A stretch of DNA of 60,815 bases, counting the filler, from Sphacelaria rigidula (lineage: Eukaryota), in NCBI GenBank assembly GCA_964200075.2. It is 8 parts of 8 records of this genome, joined end to end, with 100 filler letters (N's around TTAATTAATTAA, not from the genome) between each part and the next. Parts side by side here need not be neighbours in the genome. Positions count along the whole stretch, not along the records: positions 30,460 to 37,973 come from CAXNAA020014555.1; positions 38,074 to 45,587 come from CAXNAA020014556.1; positions 45,688 to 53,201 come from CAXNAA020014557.1; 5 more parts are not named here. One strand, given 5' to 3'. Each line of letters begins with the position of its first letter. Positions within the stretch are counted from its first letter, which is position 1. Positions 37,189-49,544 of the stretch are shown here, in pieces. Below the pieces are notes generated by a model. That model was not told the DNA's origin. It saw nothing but the letters and a program-made list of their open reading frames with translations, and made no database searches. Made by a program: the position numbers and the translations under genes.

Positions 37189-37452
37189 CCCTTAGACCGT
37201 GAGGGTAGGTCACCTGCTGAACCGGCATCAACTTTCACTCGTAAAAAGTATCAGTGATCCAGATGGACTACCCGCACCGCGGTCTAAGGGTTAACCCTTA
37301 CCGCGAGGGTTGGTCATCTGCTAAATCGGCATCAATTTTCACTTGAAAAAATACACGCAGTCCAGATGGCCTACCCGCGTCACGGTCTAAGGGTTGACCC
37401 TTCGACCGCGAGAGTACGTCACCTGCTGAATCGGCATCATTTCACTTGAAAT
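37189..37452 (+). mobile_element. Tandem array of ~100-bp piggyBac-like MITE units (37189-37290, 37295-37393, partial 37398-37452)
   Basis: Units begin CCCTT(AG)ACCG and end CGGTCTAAGGG and are bounded by TTGA, TTAA and TTGA. Confidence 0.75.
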
Positions 37453-37973
37453 TTTTCGCTTGCGTGTTGCGCCCGCAATTCCTCCAACGCACGGATCATC
37501 TACACGTATATTTACTACAGTACAGCATCATGGGTCAAAATAAGTGAATATATTGCTGTTGGAAATTGCTGTCCCTAACGTGCGCTGTGATCCATGCCAT
37601 CCTCGCCTTTTCAAGGGGGTATGACACATCTCCCATGCAACTGTTGGACTTTCCATACTCCTCTGCTACGGTAACGTAAGGAGGCGGATTGACGATGACT
37701 TCTGAGGTTCTGCCTTCAACGTTGTATTGTTTAGGTAAGGGGGGCTGGCGTATGGCTTGGCAACGTGCAGCGTTGCCCTGCCGCACACGGCATGGCTCTG
37801 CAGCTCATTTGTGCTGCTGTGTTACTGACTGTAGCCCCGCTACTCGCTGGATTATTCGCTTCCATGCTCAATCTGCACAAAGTTGCATACCGACCGTGTA
37901 TTCTATTCACGGTTAGGACAAATCATCACGACTCAAAATCACCAAATTCACGATTTCTTCGGCCTGATTGCCC

Positions 37974-38073
37974 NNNNNNNNNNNNNNNNNNNNNNNNNNN
38001 NNNNNNNNNNNNNNNNNTTAATTAATTAANNNNNNNNNNNNNNNNNNNNNNNNNNNNNNNNNNNNNNNNNNNN
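37974..38073. other. Artificial contig spacer
   Basis: N44-TTAATTAATTAA-N44. Confidence 0.97.
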
Positions 38074-38373
38074 TCTGCCGGGGCTAGCATTTTCAAGTAG
38101 GCGTGAAGAACGGTACTCCAGAAAAACTTAGATAAAAGGACGACTATGAATTCTGAAAACTTCTGACGCTGACTACTATATCGTATACGCGTTGGGGGCT
38201 ATGGGGATAATAAATGTCGACCGAGAGTCCGAGAGGACAGTAGGATGCAGTACCCTGGTGGAACCTACCTGACCAACGCCGATGATCGGCATTGCCGAAA
38301 CAATAATCTACGCGGCGATCGCATGCCTCCAGGCCCTCATGCCCATGCAAAACACTGTTGCTCTTGCTGATGG

Positions 38374-38409
<36 letters not shown>

Positions 38410-39827
38410 CGAGGGTAGGCGCGTATCATTTGACGAAGGACTGAATACTCCGCCCCGCTAGAAAGACGTACTGTGATTGCGGCATGTACTACTGTACTGT
38501 GCACGGCAAATAGGTCAAGGGTGTCAACTACAAAACAACGCTGAGTTGTAGTATGATGTGCGACTCACGGGAAGCCGACGTAAATACTGTAAGGTATCAA
38601 GCTTTTTAACAGGTCTACTCGTACATACAGGCAATTCCCTGCCCACTTTACAGAGCTGTAAACTTTGCAACTGACACCCAAACTGAAGAGGTGCGGCGAA
38701 AAGACACGAATCTACGCAAACGCGGCGCAAATGCAGGTGAAGGAAGATGACAAGATTTAAGGTGTTATTCGTATCGAATAACCCAGGCGTTTCATTCCAG
38801 AGAACTGTTTGTCGTTTCCTCACATTTTCCAGTATACATCCTTGGGCAACCATTAAAGTGTTACCGTTGGTCTCAGCCGAGTGGTCAACGCACCGCGCAC
38901 CCCAGATTCAGGGCCACAGCGAATACAGAACCAACAAGCTTGTCACGTGTGTAGCGCTTACGGAGCAGAAACAAACTGCTCTGTGTAGGGGAGAAGGAGA
39001 CAAGCTATTGGTTTCTCCCGGAGTAGGCTCAAAGATTGGGGAAAGGGACCCGGCGCGTTTATTCTTATTCGGAACTCTCAGGTGAGAAGCGACGAGAGAA
39101 TGAAGAGACAGTATCGCGACTTTTGCCACTCTAACCGCCGATTCCTTCTCAGATACTCGGCCTGATTCAGGGAAACAAGACAACCGGTATCAAACAGAAC
39201 TGCTAGACACACCTCGCTAGCAAGTGCGTGCTTGTGGTGGGCTGAGCTTTGTAGAGTTCGTGATTGTGCCTTGTTTCAGTGCTTACCTTATTCTTCCGGG
39301 AATGCTGTCACGCAACCGCAAAACCCGTGCAAGTTTTGTACAGGACATTACATACCGTATAATAAAATACTCGGTAATCTGCCAACACTAAACTCGAGTA
39401 ATGATGCAGATATTTAAATGGAACACTTTTTGCGCTGTACCAACAGGGTTACATTTAGCGGAGAGGAGGGTGATGAATCGAAGTACAAAATAGCAACGTC
39501 TATCGAGCAACTTCTCTACTCAATCAGTACAACACACCCTGCACCTTTGCCAGCAGCCGAATTCTTTCAACCGCCTACGCAACCTTGTCTCCCATGTCTT
39601 CATTCATTTGATTTTGATACAGAGGTGGGTCAACATGTTTTCTTCTCATTTTTCAGATGAAAATGATGCCGATTCACCAGATGACCCACAATGGCGGTTA
39701 CCTGGCCAACAGCTCTGACTTTGGTATTTTTCTTGTCGTCCAAAAATATTATTGCAACGTGTACCCTCTGTCTGTCCGACGAAACAGAACGATACCGAGC
39801 ACACGCAGACATGCTTGGAGGGAGACC

Positions 39828-42800
39828 ATGGAGACTACGCTAGTGGCAAGGGCTGGCTTCAAACGCCGCCGTAATAACATGCCCCGAACGCCGGTGGCGA
39901 CGTCATCTTCGGACGCTCCGCTAAGCTGTCGCAAGCATGAACGGGGAACATTCCCATCTCCACATTTCCCAGCTATGGGTCTACCCAGTACATGTGGACC
40001 TTGTACCCATAATCATGAAAACTTCCTTGGAAGCAGCTTCACTGTTTTCGACCAAACAACCAACCCAACTACCCGGCCAACTTGCCGGACTGATGACAGC
40101 AGCAACGACAACAACACCGGAAAAATGTTACCGAAACGGCGGCGCTCTTCATGCAGCAACAGTAGCTCCACTACCACCACTACACTTTGGCGCATCGCGT
40201 TAGCTCTTGGGTACCTCTCGACTCTTTCTACATACTCGGCAACAGCTACAACAACCAATACCAACATTTCGCCAGGCGCGCCGAACCGCAGCAGCAATCG
40301 GCTATGCGCCCCCGCAGAAAACACGAGAGCTTATGTGACGACCCTAGCGGGCGAAGCAAGGGGGCAAGTGCTCGGGCCGAGGGTGCTTGCTCAGTCTTTG
40401 AGATCTGCGGGTGCAAAGGGGGACATCGTGGTATTGGTGCCCTTGGATCGGGCTACTGGCTCCAACGTCGACGCGCTGCGGAGGGATGGACTTACAGTAC
40501 ATATCGTACCCCGCGGATTACAAACCGGTATGTGCAAAAATCCAAGTTGTGTGATAAAACGTAAATGCGTAATTTTGTGCAGGGTTCCTTGCAGGTCAGA
40601 GCTAACTGCAATGAGATGATGGTGCTGGGGAGGTGCTGTAACAATTCGTGGCAGGTTGATGTCCTCTCCGAATGCAATCAAAACTTGCTATCATCCTTGG
40701 AGGGGCTCCCCCACTTGAGCCAACCAACACACGAGCAAGCAAAGGGAGGAAGAAAAGCCTCTCGTCGTTTCGTATGCATGTAGATATACCTGTATTAGCA
40801 TGTACTCCCAGTTTTGTGTACGACACAAGGCAAGAGTATCAATTATTTTATCTTTTGCAAGAATAGTGCGTTCTCATGTTTGGTTTTCCCGCATAAATAT
40901 CCGGAATCGAATACTTTGCATGCCTGTGAGTAGAGTATGTGTGAAGCGTGATGCACGTGTTGAGTAAGGGTGATGGGTACGCGGTGTAAGCGTGTCGCTT
41001 TCGTGCCTTTCCCTCCCAGAACCGTCATTTATTTGTGCGTTCATCTTGCACGTTGATGCATAGTTGGAAATTTCATTTTGTCAACAATCAGTTGAACAGC
41101 AAGGCCCCCATTTTTCCCGCGCTCTGTTGGCTACACTTTCATCATCTCCTCGAAGTATCCAGGAGCGCACGCTGCAGAAGGGCCCTACTCTTCCACCAGA
41201 CCCCACTATCTGTCTCACTGGTTAATTGTCACCATCAAACAAAGGCATGGTGCGCTATGTGGAAGTGTTGCATCTGTGTGCAATATTTGCTGTCATGTAT
41301 GAGGTGGAGTCCGCAGCAATTTGGTTGTATGATACCTTACTCGGTGATACTTTTAGCGCGCTGACGTCTTCTCTGGTATCTCGTCGACATGGAAATGCCT
41401 GGTTGCTGGCCGTGCTAATTGCCAACCGATACCGCATGCATTGAGATACAGGAGTTCTCACTGCTCTATTCAATAATCGAACGTGTCAGGTCGTTACAAC
41501 CGTGAACGTTTGCTACGCACATAAGTACCCTACCCTCAATACAGACAGTCACACCTCCCCACACACTGAAAAAAAGCTCATGATACAATACACACCACCA
41601 CCCACCCGCCCACAAAGCCACCCTTCATCGAACCATAATCCCCTTCAACCCGCCACCTGTCACTCCACTATGCTGTACCCCCTCCCCCGAGACACGCTTC
41701 TAACATTCAAGGAGGCCAGGCTGATCGCAATTTTTCTTAGATGCATTACCATTCGCCCGCTTCAGAAAATATGGAGGCGTATGTTGCTCGGACTGCTCTT
41801 GTGCACAGACAGACGTGAAAACGATATTCTTCTTTTTTATTCCATTTATTCGTCGACAGAAGAGCTCATGTAAAAATGGTGAAATTTGTCCAAAGAGCTC
41901 TTTGAAAGAATTATGCGTCCCTCTGTTGCATGTAAAGATTCGAGTCTACGAAAATTGCCCGATATCCGTTGCATGTTTGTCCGCAGTTTGAAGGAAGTCA
42001 CAAGCTCCTCCGTGCGGGAGATGCATTCAGAACAGTAGTACAGTTCCCTCATTTTTTCCTGTTCGTTCAGTCCTCACATGTCGAAGTACTGTTGTGATGG
42101 GCATGAAAGCCTGATCTCTCAGCTAGATCTGGCCATTGACCACCCAGCCAATTTATGGTGTGTTTCACATCTGTTTCATCATATTTGATGATTGCCAAAG
42201 CAAGTGCGGCTGGTCAATGCCGTATGACCACCCTCGACCAACGTGTCCGTACGCCTTGCGCTCTTCGCTATCGCTTTCACCGGCTGCCTTGAGCTATGGC
42301 ACGTTTCGCGCGTCTATCCGTTCGCTCGTCTCCGTTCTTATGGCGAGCAAGCGCCTCTTTCGATGGCGTATGCTTGAAGTTCTACCGCGAGCAACTGCGT
42401 TTTCATCCAATTCAGCAGCACACATGATGACTTGCATCATACAGCCGATATGTAATGAACTAGACTACTGTATCTTCGTGCAAGGCAACTCTCAAGCATC
42501 AACAGAGTTTCCTCTCTACAGCAGCACTTATGCCGCATCAGTCGAGCAATGATCCTGCAAGACTCCTGCGACTCCACGTATGGCACTGCATTGTACGAGA
42601 GCACCAGCACGCACAGGTGTCCGCGTGCCCCCCCCGCCCGCCCTTCGAACATACCTCATGTTTCTTTGTTGTTTTGGAGCAAAGTAAAATAGCGACCGTA
42701 GGATTCTAGCCCCCAAATTGGGTCAACCTGCGTTCTACGAGGCGCCTTTCGGAATGTGACGATCCAGAGGTTGTTCGGGGGTTTCGAGCAGGCTGGTGAT

Positions 42801-45017
42801 CTCTGGGGGGGGGGACCAACGAGTGAGCTCTACTGTTCCCTGGACCCTCTTGTGCGGTGCAGAGATCACGACACGCATGTTTTATTTATACAGTACTGTC
42901 CCCATTTTGGCCCTAATCGAAGAGGCACGTCGCCCGTAACTCGAGATTATTCTGAACGAACAAGCCGCTGACGTGTATGTCGCGAATCACTTTCCGCTTC
43001 ATGGAAATACCTTTGTCTATGTCGTTGATGCCCACTCCGGTATACATACGCAGGTTAAGTATTTGTCGCTTACTTGTGTACAGGCAATCGCTATCATGAT
43101 AAATATACTTGTACTTGGAACTAAGACTCGTAGACGATAGAAGAGCGACGAAGGGATTTGAACCCTTGCACTGTTCGCGAAACGCAAGCGAAACGCAAAG
43201 TGGTCTTTCCAGTTAAGCTACGTCGGGAGCGTTGAGTGGAGAGGACAGACCTTCCACAGTGCTAGAACGTTCCCATGACTAGAACCAATGAAATGTTGTT
43301 GGACAGAACTATGAGGTCATGTTGGGTTCTCATAAGTGTGATTCGCACAACTGTCAGTTGTAGTGCATTTACTTTGTCAGAATTACTCGAAATAATTAGT
43401 GGAAGTATTTGTTTCGAAAGGATCGCGCATCATGGCATTTCTTGACCTTTTGATCGCCAGGATCCAGGGGTGGGTCATGTGGGTTTGTGTGATGACAACT
43501 CAACAGATGACCCACCCTGGCGGTCGAAGGGGCCCTCTAATGACGTATACCCATCTTGATTTCTTCCACGCTGACGCGAAGAGTTCGAGTCAATGTACGC
43601 TTACTGCTTGCGTGATCCTCCAACTGATGTTCACGCCGATTCCCTAGATGAACGTATCTTGGGCGGCCGAAGGGTTATAACCACTGAGTGTCCTGTATCA
43701 GGGAGAAATCTCGTTGTTCTCAGTAAAGGTTGTCCCAGTTTGGGTCCGAAAAAAAACTTGAAAAACTTGGGTGGCTGAGGATGATGAGGACGATATTGTT
43801 TGCCTTTTGATGATCGTACTTCTACTTTTCCTGTGGAAAATAATCGCCACCCTGTTGATGTTTTTCTCCTCCACATGCGCCGTGGTGCACCCCCGCTACA
43901 AACGCTGGAGCACCACACCACGCCCGGTTCTGGATATTTTTTCACCTCGTTCCAGCCCTGAAAACCCTTTATTTTCTTCACGATACAGTAGTTACCTTCG
44001 CCAGGAAAGCATTCGCGAACTATTGAAACCCTAATCCCCGTTTCCCCTCTTCCTCCCCCCGTCCCTTTTTCCCTTCCATACCCCACCGCGTGCGTTCAAA
44101 TCCTACTTGGGGTGATAAATACCACAAATAAAATCATTTAAACAGCTGGCGGTGAGATCGCATCGGAAGACCTCATGACGAAAATCTTCCTCTGGAGCCT
44201 GACCTCGTACGATCGCGTGGTCTATCTCGACCCACGCTCGCTTATCCAGAAAAATCCAGACGCCCTCTTCGCTTGCGAGGGCTTTTGCGCAGCTGGCGCC
44301 GTCCCGCTATGGGAATCCGACCCAAATGCCGCTGCTTTGGCTCTCGCTGCCGAAGCAGCGTTGCTAGATACATCAGAGGATGAAGATGATACGTGGGCGA
44401 CGGCACGAGGCGACGGAGGGAGGGGTGCCAGCAACTCGGTGTCCTCGTGGAGGCCGTCCACCTCGGTAATGGTACTGGAGCCGTCCTTGGATGTCCACCA
44501 GGCCATGCTCGACAAGCTTACGAAGACCACAGCGTCCGTAGGAGCAGCGTCTTCGGATGTTGTCGGGAGGAGGAGGGCGGCGAACGGAGGAGATGGCTCC
44601 CTCGAGGCGCAGGCGTTCCTATCGGCCTTCTTGGAGGCTGGAGATCACTGTACGCCGTTTGAGGAGCTAGATCACTACCGTAGTGCTGATGCTGGTGTTG
44701 ATAGTCGCGGGGATAAGGAGAGCATTGCAAGGCAGCAAGCAGGGCTTGGGGGGAGTGAGACGCGGGGTTTTGACACCGAGGGCGGTATTGGTGGGGGAGC
44801 TGCCGAAGGTTGGGGTCAGGAGGCGGGGCTCGAGGATGCGCTGCAGCCGGTGGTCCTTTTGAACAGGGCGAACATGCCGTCGTGCGCTCCCGGGCGTGAG
44901 CGTACGTCACAGGGGATCTGCCAGCGCCTGCCCTATACCTACGCGGCGCCGTCGACGGACTTTGATGGGAGGGGGAGATGGGCGGGAAGGACGAGACGCT
45001 GCACTCTGTGCGATGAG
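39828..45017 (+). CDS. Glycosyltransferase family 8 (glycogenin-like) domain protein, partial. Exons 39828-40527 and 44146-45017 with a 3618-bp intron; start codon uncertain, 3' end beyond the contig
   Basis: RAYVTTL...PRVLAQSLRSAGAKGDIVVLV then, after a phase-1 GTATGT...AACAG intron, MTKIFLWSLTSYDRVVYLD...KNPDALF, VMVLEPS, QAFLS and RLPYTY, in the colinear order of GT8 motifs; hydrophobic segment LWRIALALGYLSTL upstream. Confidence 0.85.
43144..43227 (-). pseudogene. tRNA-like sequence (pseudo-tRNA or SINE head) in the GT8 intron
   Basis: CGACG/CGTCG acceptor-like stem, A box TAGCTTAACTGG, perfect T arm AAGGG-TTCAAAT-CCCTT; anticodon region carries a tandem TTGCGTTTCGC duplication. Confidence 0.65.
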
Positions 45018-45479
45018 GTATGTGCGACGTGCGCGAATGTTCACGTTTTGGGGGGCGGAAATGACAACAGGAGAGTATGTTTTGTAGGGGTTGGGGTTAT
45101 GTGCCGTTTTTTGACGCGATCGAGTACAGTATCCGGTATCCGGCAGCACGCATCCGTCGAGCGTTGCTGGGGCATTTTGTTCGTGTCAACACCCGCTGAC
45201 AAGATAGGCGGGTGTCTCAATAAATTTAGCACATCCCTATCCTTGACGCGTTTTGGATACGTAAGAGGGCATCTCCCCGTGAAACCGATTGAAACATGGT
45301 GTTGAGTTTGTTTTTTTGTCTTGATGGAAGTGCCTGCTTCCCGTGTAAGGGGTCTTGTTGACGGTGCGTTGTTACTCGTATAGCGCGAACCTTTATGAAT
45401 GCACACAGCTTCGCCTTGCGTGCGTGCCTGTGGATTCTAAGTGATCGATCGTGCCTGTTTCGAAGGCAGTGATTTCAGG

Positions 45480-45531
<52 letters not shown>

Positions 45532-45587
45532 CCCCCCTCCCCCCTCTCCCTTCCTCTCTCCCCTCCCCCTCTCCCGCGCGTCTCTTC

Positions 45588-45687
45588 NNNNNNNNNNNNN
45601 NNNNNNNNNNNNNNNNNNNNNNNNNNNNNNNTTAATTAATTAANNNNNNNNNNNNNNNNNNNNNNNNNNNNNNNNNNNNNNNNNNNN
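45588..45687. other. Artificial contig spacer
   Basis: N44-TTAATTAATTAA-N44, preceded by a long poly-C tract at the contig end. Confidence 0.97.
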
Positions 45688-46211
45688 TGTCTGGCACACT
45701 TATGAGCCTCTTTTTTCGTGCAACCAAATACCCCCCCCCCTATCGTAGGATGACTCAAATGAAGGCCCAGCCCTGTTCTGTTTTGTTTTCAGTATGCCCT
45801 TGCGATTCTCCATACAAAATTTCAAAGCACAATCCCAGAAAATAAGCTGAGAAACTGAGTTCAGGGGCAAAAACAATGCCCATTTTCCACGAAAGCGTCC
45901 TCAACTCACGGGCGAAAGAAAAAGTCTCCAGGACCTGAACATTTGTTTTTTATTTTTCCATTGCGATACTCCGTGCAGCATTTCAAAGCACAATTCCCAA
46001 AACTGAGGTGAGAATCTCAGATTCAGTCTATTATTGCTTCTACTCGTAACATATGAAGTTTAGTATGGAATACCATTGTGCGCCAAATCTCTAGATAGAT
46101 CATGACGAATTAGGTGAAGGTGAGAGTATCGACCGTCTACCCGTGCTGCAGGGAATTTTCACACCAGAAATCATCATCCGCTGTACATATTGTTCGGGGC
46201 GTCGTACAGAC

Positions 46212-49200
46212 CTTATTCAGTGCGGACCCCTGGGCTTTCGAGCAGATGGCCATCTTCTTGATAGGACGATATATTAATATGTGCAGATCACGGCTCAATT
46301 CGCCTGCGTCAATGAGATATGGCTGTGAGAGCTCAAGCCCGCTCTTGGGCTGGTCCAGCTCGTAGAACTGAAAAGGGGAGGAAAACAAGAGGAAATAAAA
46401 GGATAACACGAGTCACACCTGGCTAAGATACAGTGGCTTGGGTGAGACGATACAACTCCGTTAAAACGAGACAATTCCGTTTATTATGGTTTACTGGTAT
46501 TTTTCACGTGGTACTATTTTCGTGTCTCTCGTTCTGGTTCAGCTTACTATCGGTACTCGGCCTATTCCCATATTTCTTCGTGTTCTCTCTTCCTCGAGTT
46601 CCCCCCACGACTTTCCAATCAATGTTCCACGGATACATCCATGTCGTGATCATGGCTGGATCATGACTCCTTGAGGATCAGTTAATGCACGACGATCGAT
46701 CAATCCATTATCCAACCGATTGCGTCACAAGGCCAAAATAAAACCACTCCGTACCAAGTACATATACAGATAATAGAGAGTGTCGGGAATTTTTTTTTTT
46801 CGTATTTTAGAGTTCGAGTGGAACGAGCAAAAGCCAGTGACGGTACACGTTCCAGTTTGAAAAAAATCTGAGTTAACTTTTCAGAGTCAGAGTCCAGTTT
46901 GGAGGACTCCGCTGTGAAAACCGATGTTCCTCAAACTCCATAGCGCAACGAAAATGAACCACCCCAACCCCCAACACCCCGGCTACAGCCAAGTCACTAT
47001 CAACATATTATAAGAAACAAAATGGGCATCCATCGCAACTGTCATGCTTCATCACAATGGACCAGTCACGAAGTAGCAATGATTGGCATCGCAATCAGGG
47101 GGCCTCCTGACACCGCCATGGTATCAACATTCGCTTGGTTGTGCTGCGTGAAATTCAAATGCTCGGCGGGTACAAGACGTTGCCTTGGGTGCAGCTCCTC
47201 ACTATTGCTAGCCTCAGCTGTCAGAAGACGGTGTGAACGATTCGTAGTCTACAGCGCACAAGCAGTGCTACACCCGGCCGCATTGTCATTCCGTTGGGGG
47301 TCATGACGTATGGTACCACCTTTATGGGTGGCATCTCGGAAAATCATTGCAATGCGGCTTTGTCGTTTGAAAGTGCTGCCGTACTGATTGTCTATACTGT
47401 ATCGCTGTACTTCACCGTACTGCCATGTATAGACTGTAGGGTTTTACATTGCACTGACTGTAATACATTGAGTATACTCTACATTGCACAGCACTACTGT
47501 AGTGCACCGTAGTGCAGTGAAGACGTGTGAGTGTAGTAGAGCGTAGTGTACGGTACGGTACGGTGCCGCAGGGTACGGTGCAACACAGACTCGCTACTGA
47601 TATTGTACAGTCAGTGCTGTGCTGACCTATGCACCTTCGAACTGGACGCTGGTCGATTGCACATTTGGCGGGGCACCCTGCGGCCAATCACTGCGACAAA
47701 GAAACCCACCTCAAGCCACGTCACATCAGCTTCCGCTATGAACTTTTCAGCGTTAACTCTGAACTTTCTTAAGCTTCCACTTTGAAGTTCTTCCACTCTG
47801 ACTCTATGATGTGAAAAAACATTTTTCGAAACTCTCTAATACCATTTGCTACTCTCGTCGCTCACCTTTCCTGCATTTAGCAAAGCCTCTACTCCTCCCA
47901 CGTCGCACCTCTTCGCACACCTGCCAGCCCATAAAGCCAGTCAAATCATCGTCAGCTCTCATCACTGACAGTGGTGGGTTCCTATATAATGCGGTGGGTC
48001 GCTAGCCCCTCATGACCGCACTATACTGGGACCCCGGCATGACACTGACAAGTCAATGAGTCGAAATTACTATAGTAGATTGGGCTTTTTTTAGACGTGA
48101 TTTTGACCGCACTGTGGCGGGACCCCCGGTGTACGGTAGTTGCAGTAACGTAGGCGCTATACGTGGTGTATCACCCGCAGCAATTACTAATCGCAACCTC
48201 GATTTTCTCCACAGGTTGCGGTGGCCACGTCGCCGAAAGTTGAATGTTGTGACATTCGGATCATGGAGTTGTGGTCGTCACTGACCTTGTTGGGGTGAGC
48301 TCACAACACTCGTCACGACGCAGCTGATCACTCGACATCAGCTGACACGTGATACGTCACTGGCTACGTTAGAGTAGCATGACACACGTTATGCGGGGCA
48401 ACAAACAGGGGTATACGCGGCGGAACATGGGGGTACCTGGTAGTAACGTATCATGCTCTTCACACAAGACAACACAAACAAACAAAAAAGACGAGCCGAA
48501 AAAGGCGTCCTGTTGTCGTCGTCGAGAAAAATACCAAATATCCGACCAAAAGATCATAATTTGTGTGTTCAGCTCAGCTGTCCCCACCAATGCAGTGCTG
48601 TCCGCCCGAACGAGTCTTGGAGGTTGACGTCCGTAGCGTCGTGCTCGCTCAGCACCCTCACCACTTCATACAGGCCCCGTTCAGCGGCCAGGACGACTGG
48701 CGTCTGTCAAAAAAAGGTGAACACAGAACAGTAATAGCGGTTCCTACATGAGGTACACCTGCACAGGGTCACCTGTACTGGCTATGTGTGTCCGATTGAG
48801 GAATACCCGGAAGACGTTCACGTTCACGTGAACTGGGAAAACCCCCGTTCAGTCGCTGGGGTGGCCGTCCTCTGCTTAAAACTGGAATAAAACTGCTGGG
48901 TGCCTCTGTTCTCGACTCCATACAGCGCCTAGGCGGTATCCGTTCGTTGGAACGGTATCGCGTCAACTTGATAAAATACTGTTGGGAAAAATTGGCTCAT
49001 CTTTTTGCACCGCTCTAAAGGATCGGCACACGACATTTTCGTTGCTCATTGACTCATAAATGTGCTAGCCAGTGTCTGTGTCCTTTTGCATCATGTCAGC
49101 AAAATTTCCTTCAGGATTTTTGTTTCAACCGCAAACATCTGTAATCATCAAGTGCGCCCTTACCCGCAGGGCACGGGGTTCGAACATCTTTGGTGGTGCC

Positions 49201-49544
49201 ATGAATCCCCAAGAAAAATGTGCTCCTATGCGACATGAAAAAAATACGGTATCCACTACTTTCCTATTGTCAGCGCGCACCGCTTCAGCCTCAGCTAAAC
49301 AGGAAAAAATGAAAGCAGCAATTCCACCAACATCCTTTGCGAATTGATTCCCAAGTCGAACCTTATTAGTCTCAGGATGGTTGTATGTTACTACAGGCGG
49401 TTAAACATGCCGTGGAGATGCAGCTACAGTACACTGTACCTGTAGATGTCCATCCTGGGCGTTGGGATCTGCGCCGCACTGTAGCATGTCCGCCACAGCA
49501 TCGGCATCCCCGGCGATCGCCGCTTGGTGGAGAGCGGTTCGGCC
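46212..49544 (-). CDS. Second partial spliced ankyrin-repeat gene. Exons 49544-49440, 48703-48588, 47920-47866 and probably 46367-46212
   Basis: Spliced translation GRTALHQAAIAGDADAVADMLQCGADPNAQDGHLQ / TPVVLAAERGLYEVVRVLSEHDATDVNLQDSFGRTALHW / CAKRCDVGGVEALLNAGK / FYELDQPKSG... with AG/GT sites and matching phases 0, 2, 0. The last exon is less certain. Confidence 0.82.

Noticed and set aside
45441-45639. Poly-proline ORFs
   Set aside because: Translation of an intronic poly-C tract at a contig end
46774-47837. Degenerate TAGAG...CTCTA inverted ends suggesting a hAT element
   Set aside because: Weak TIR similarity and no TSD
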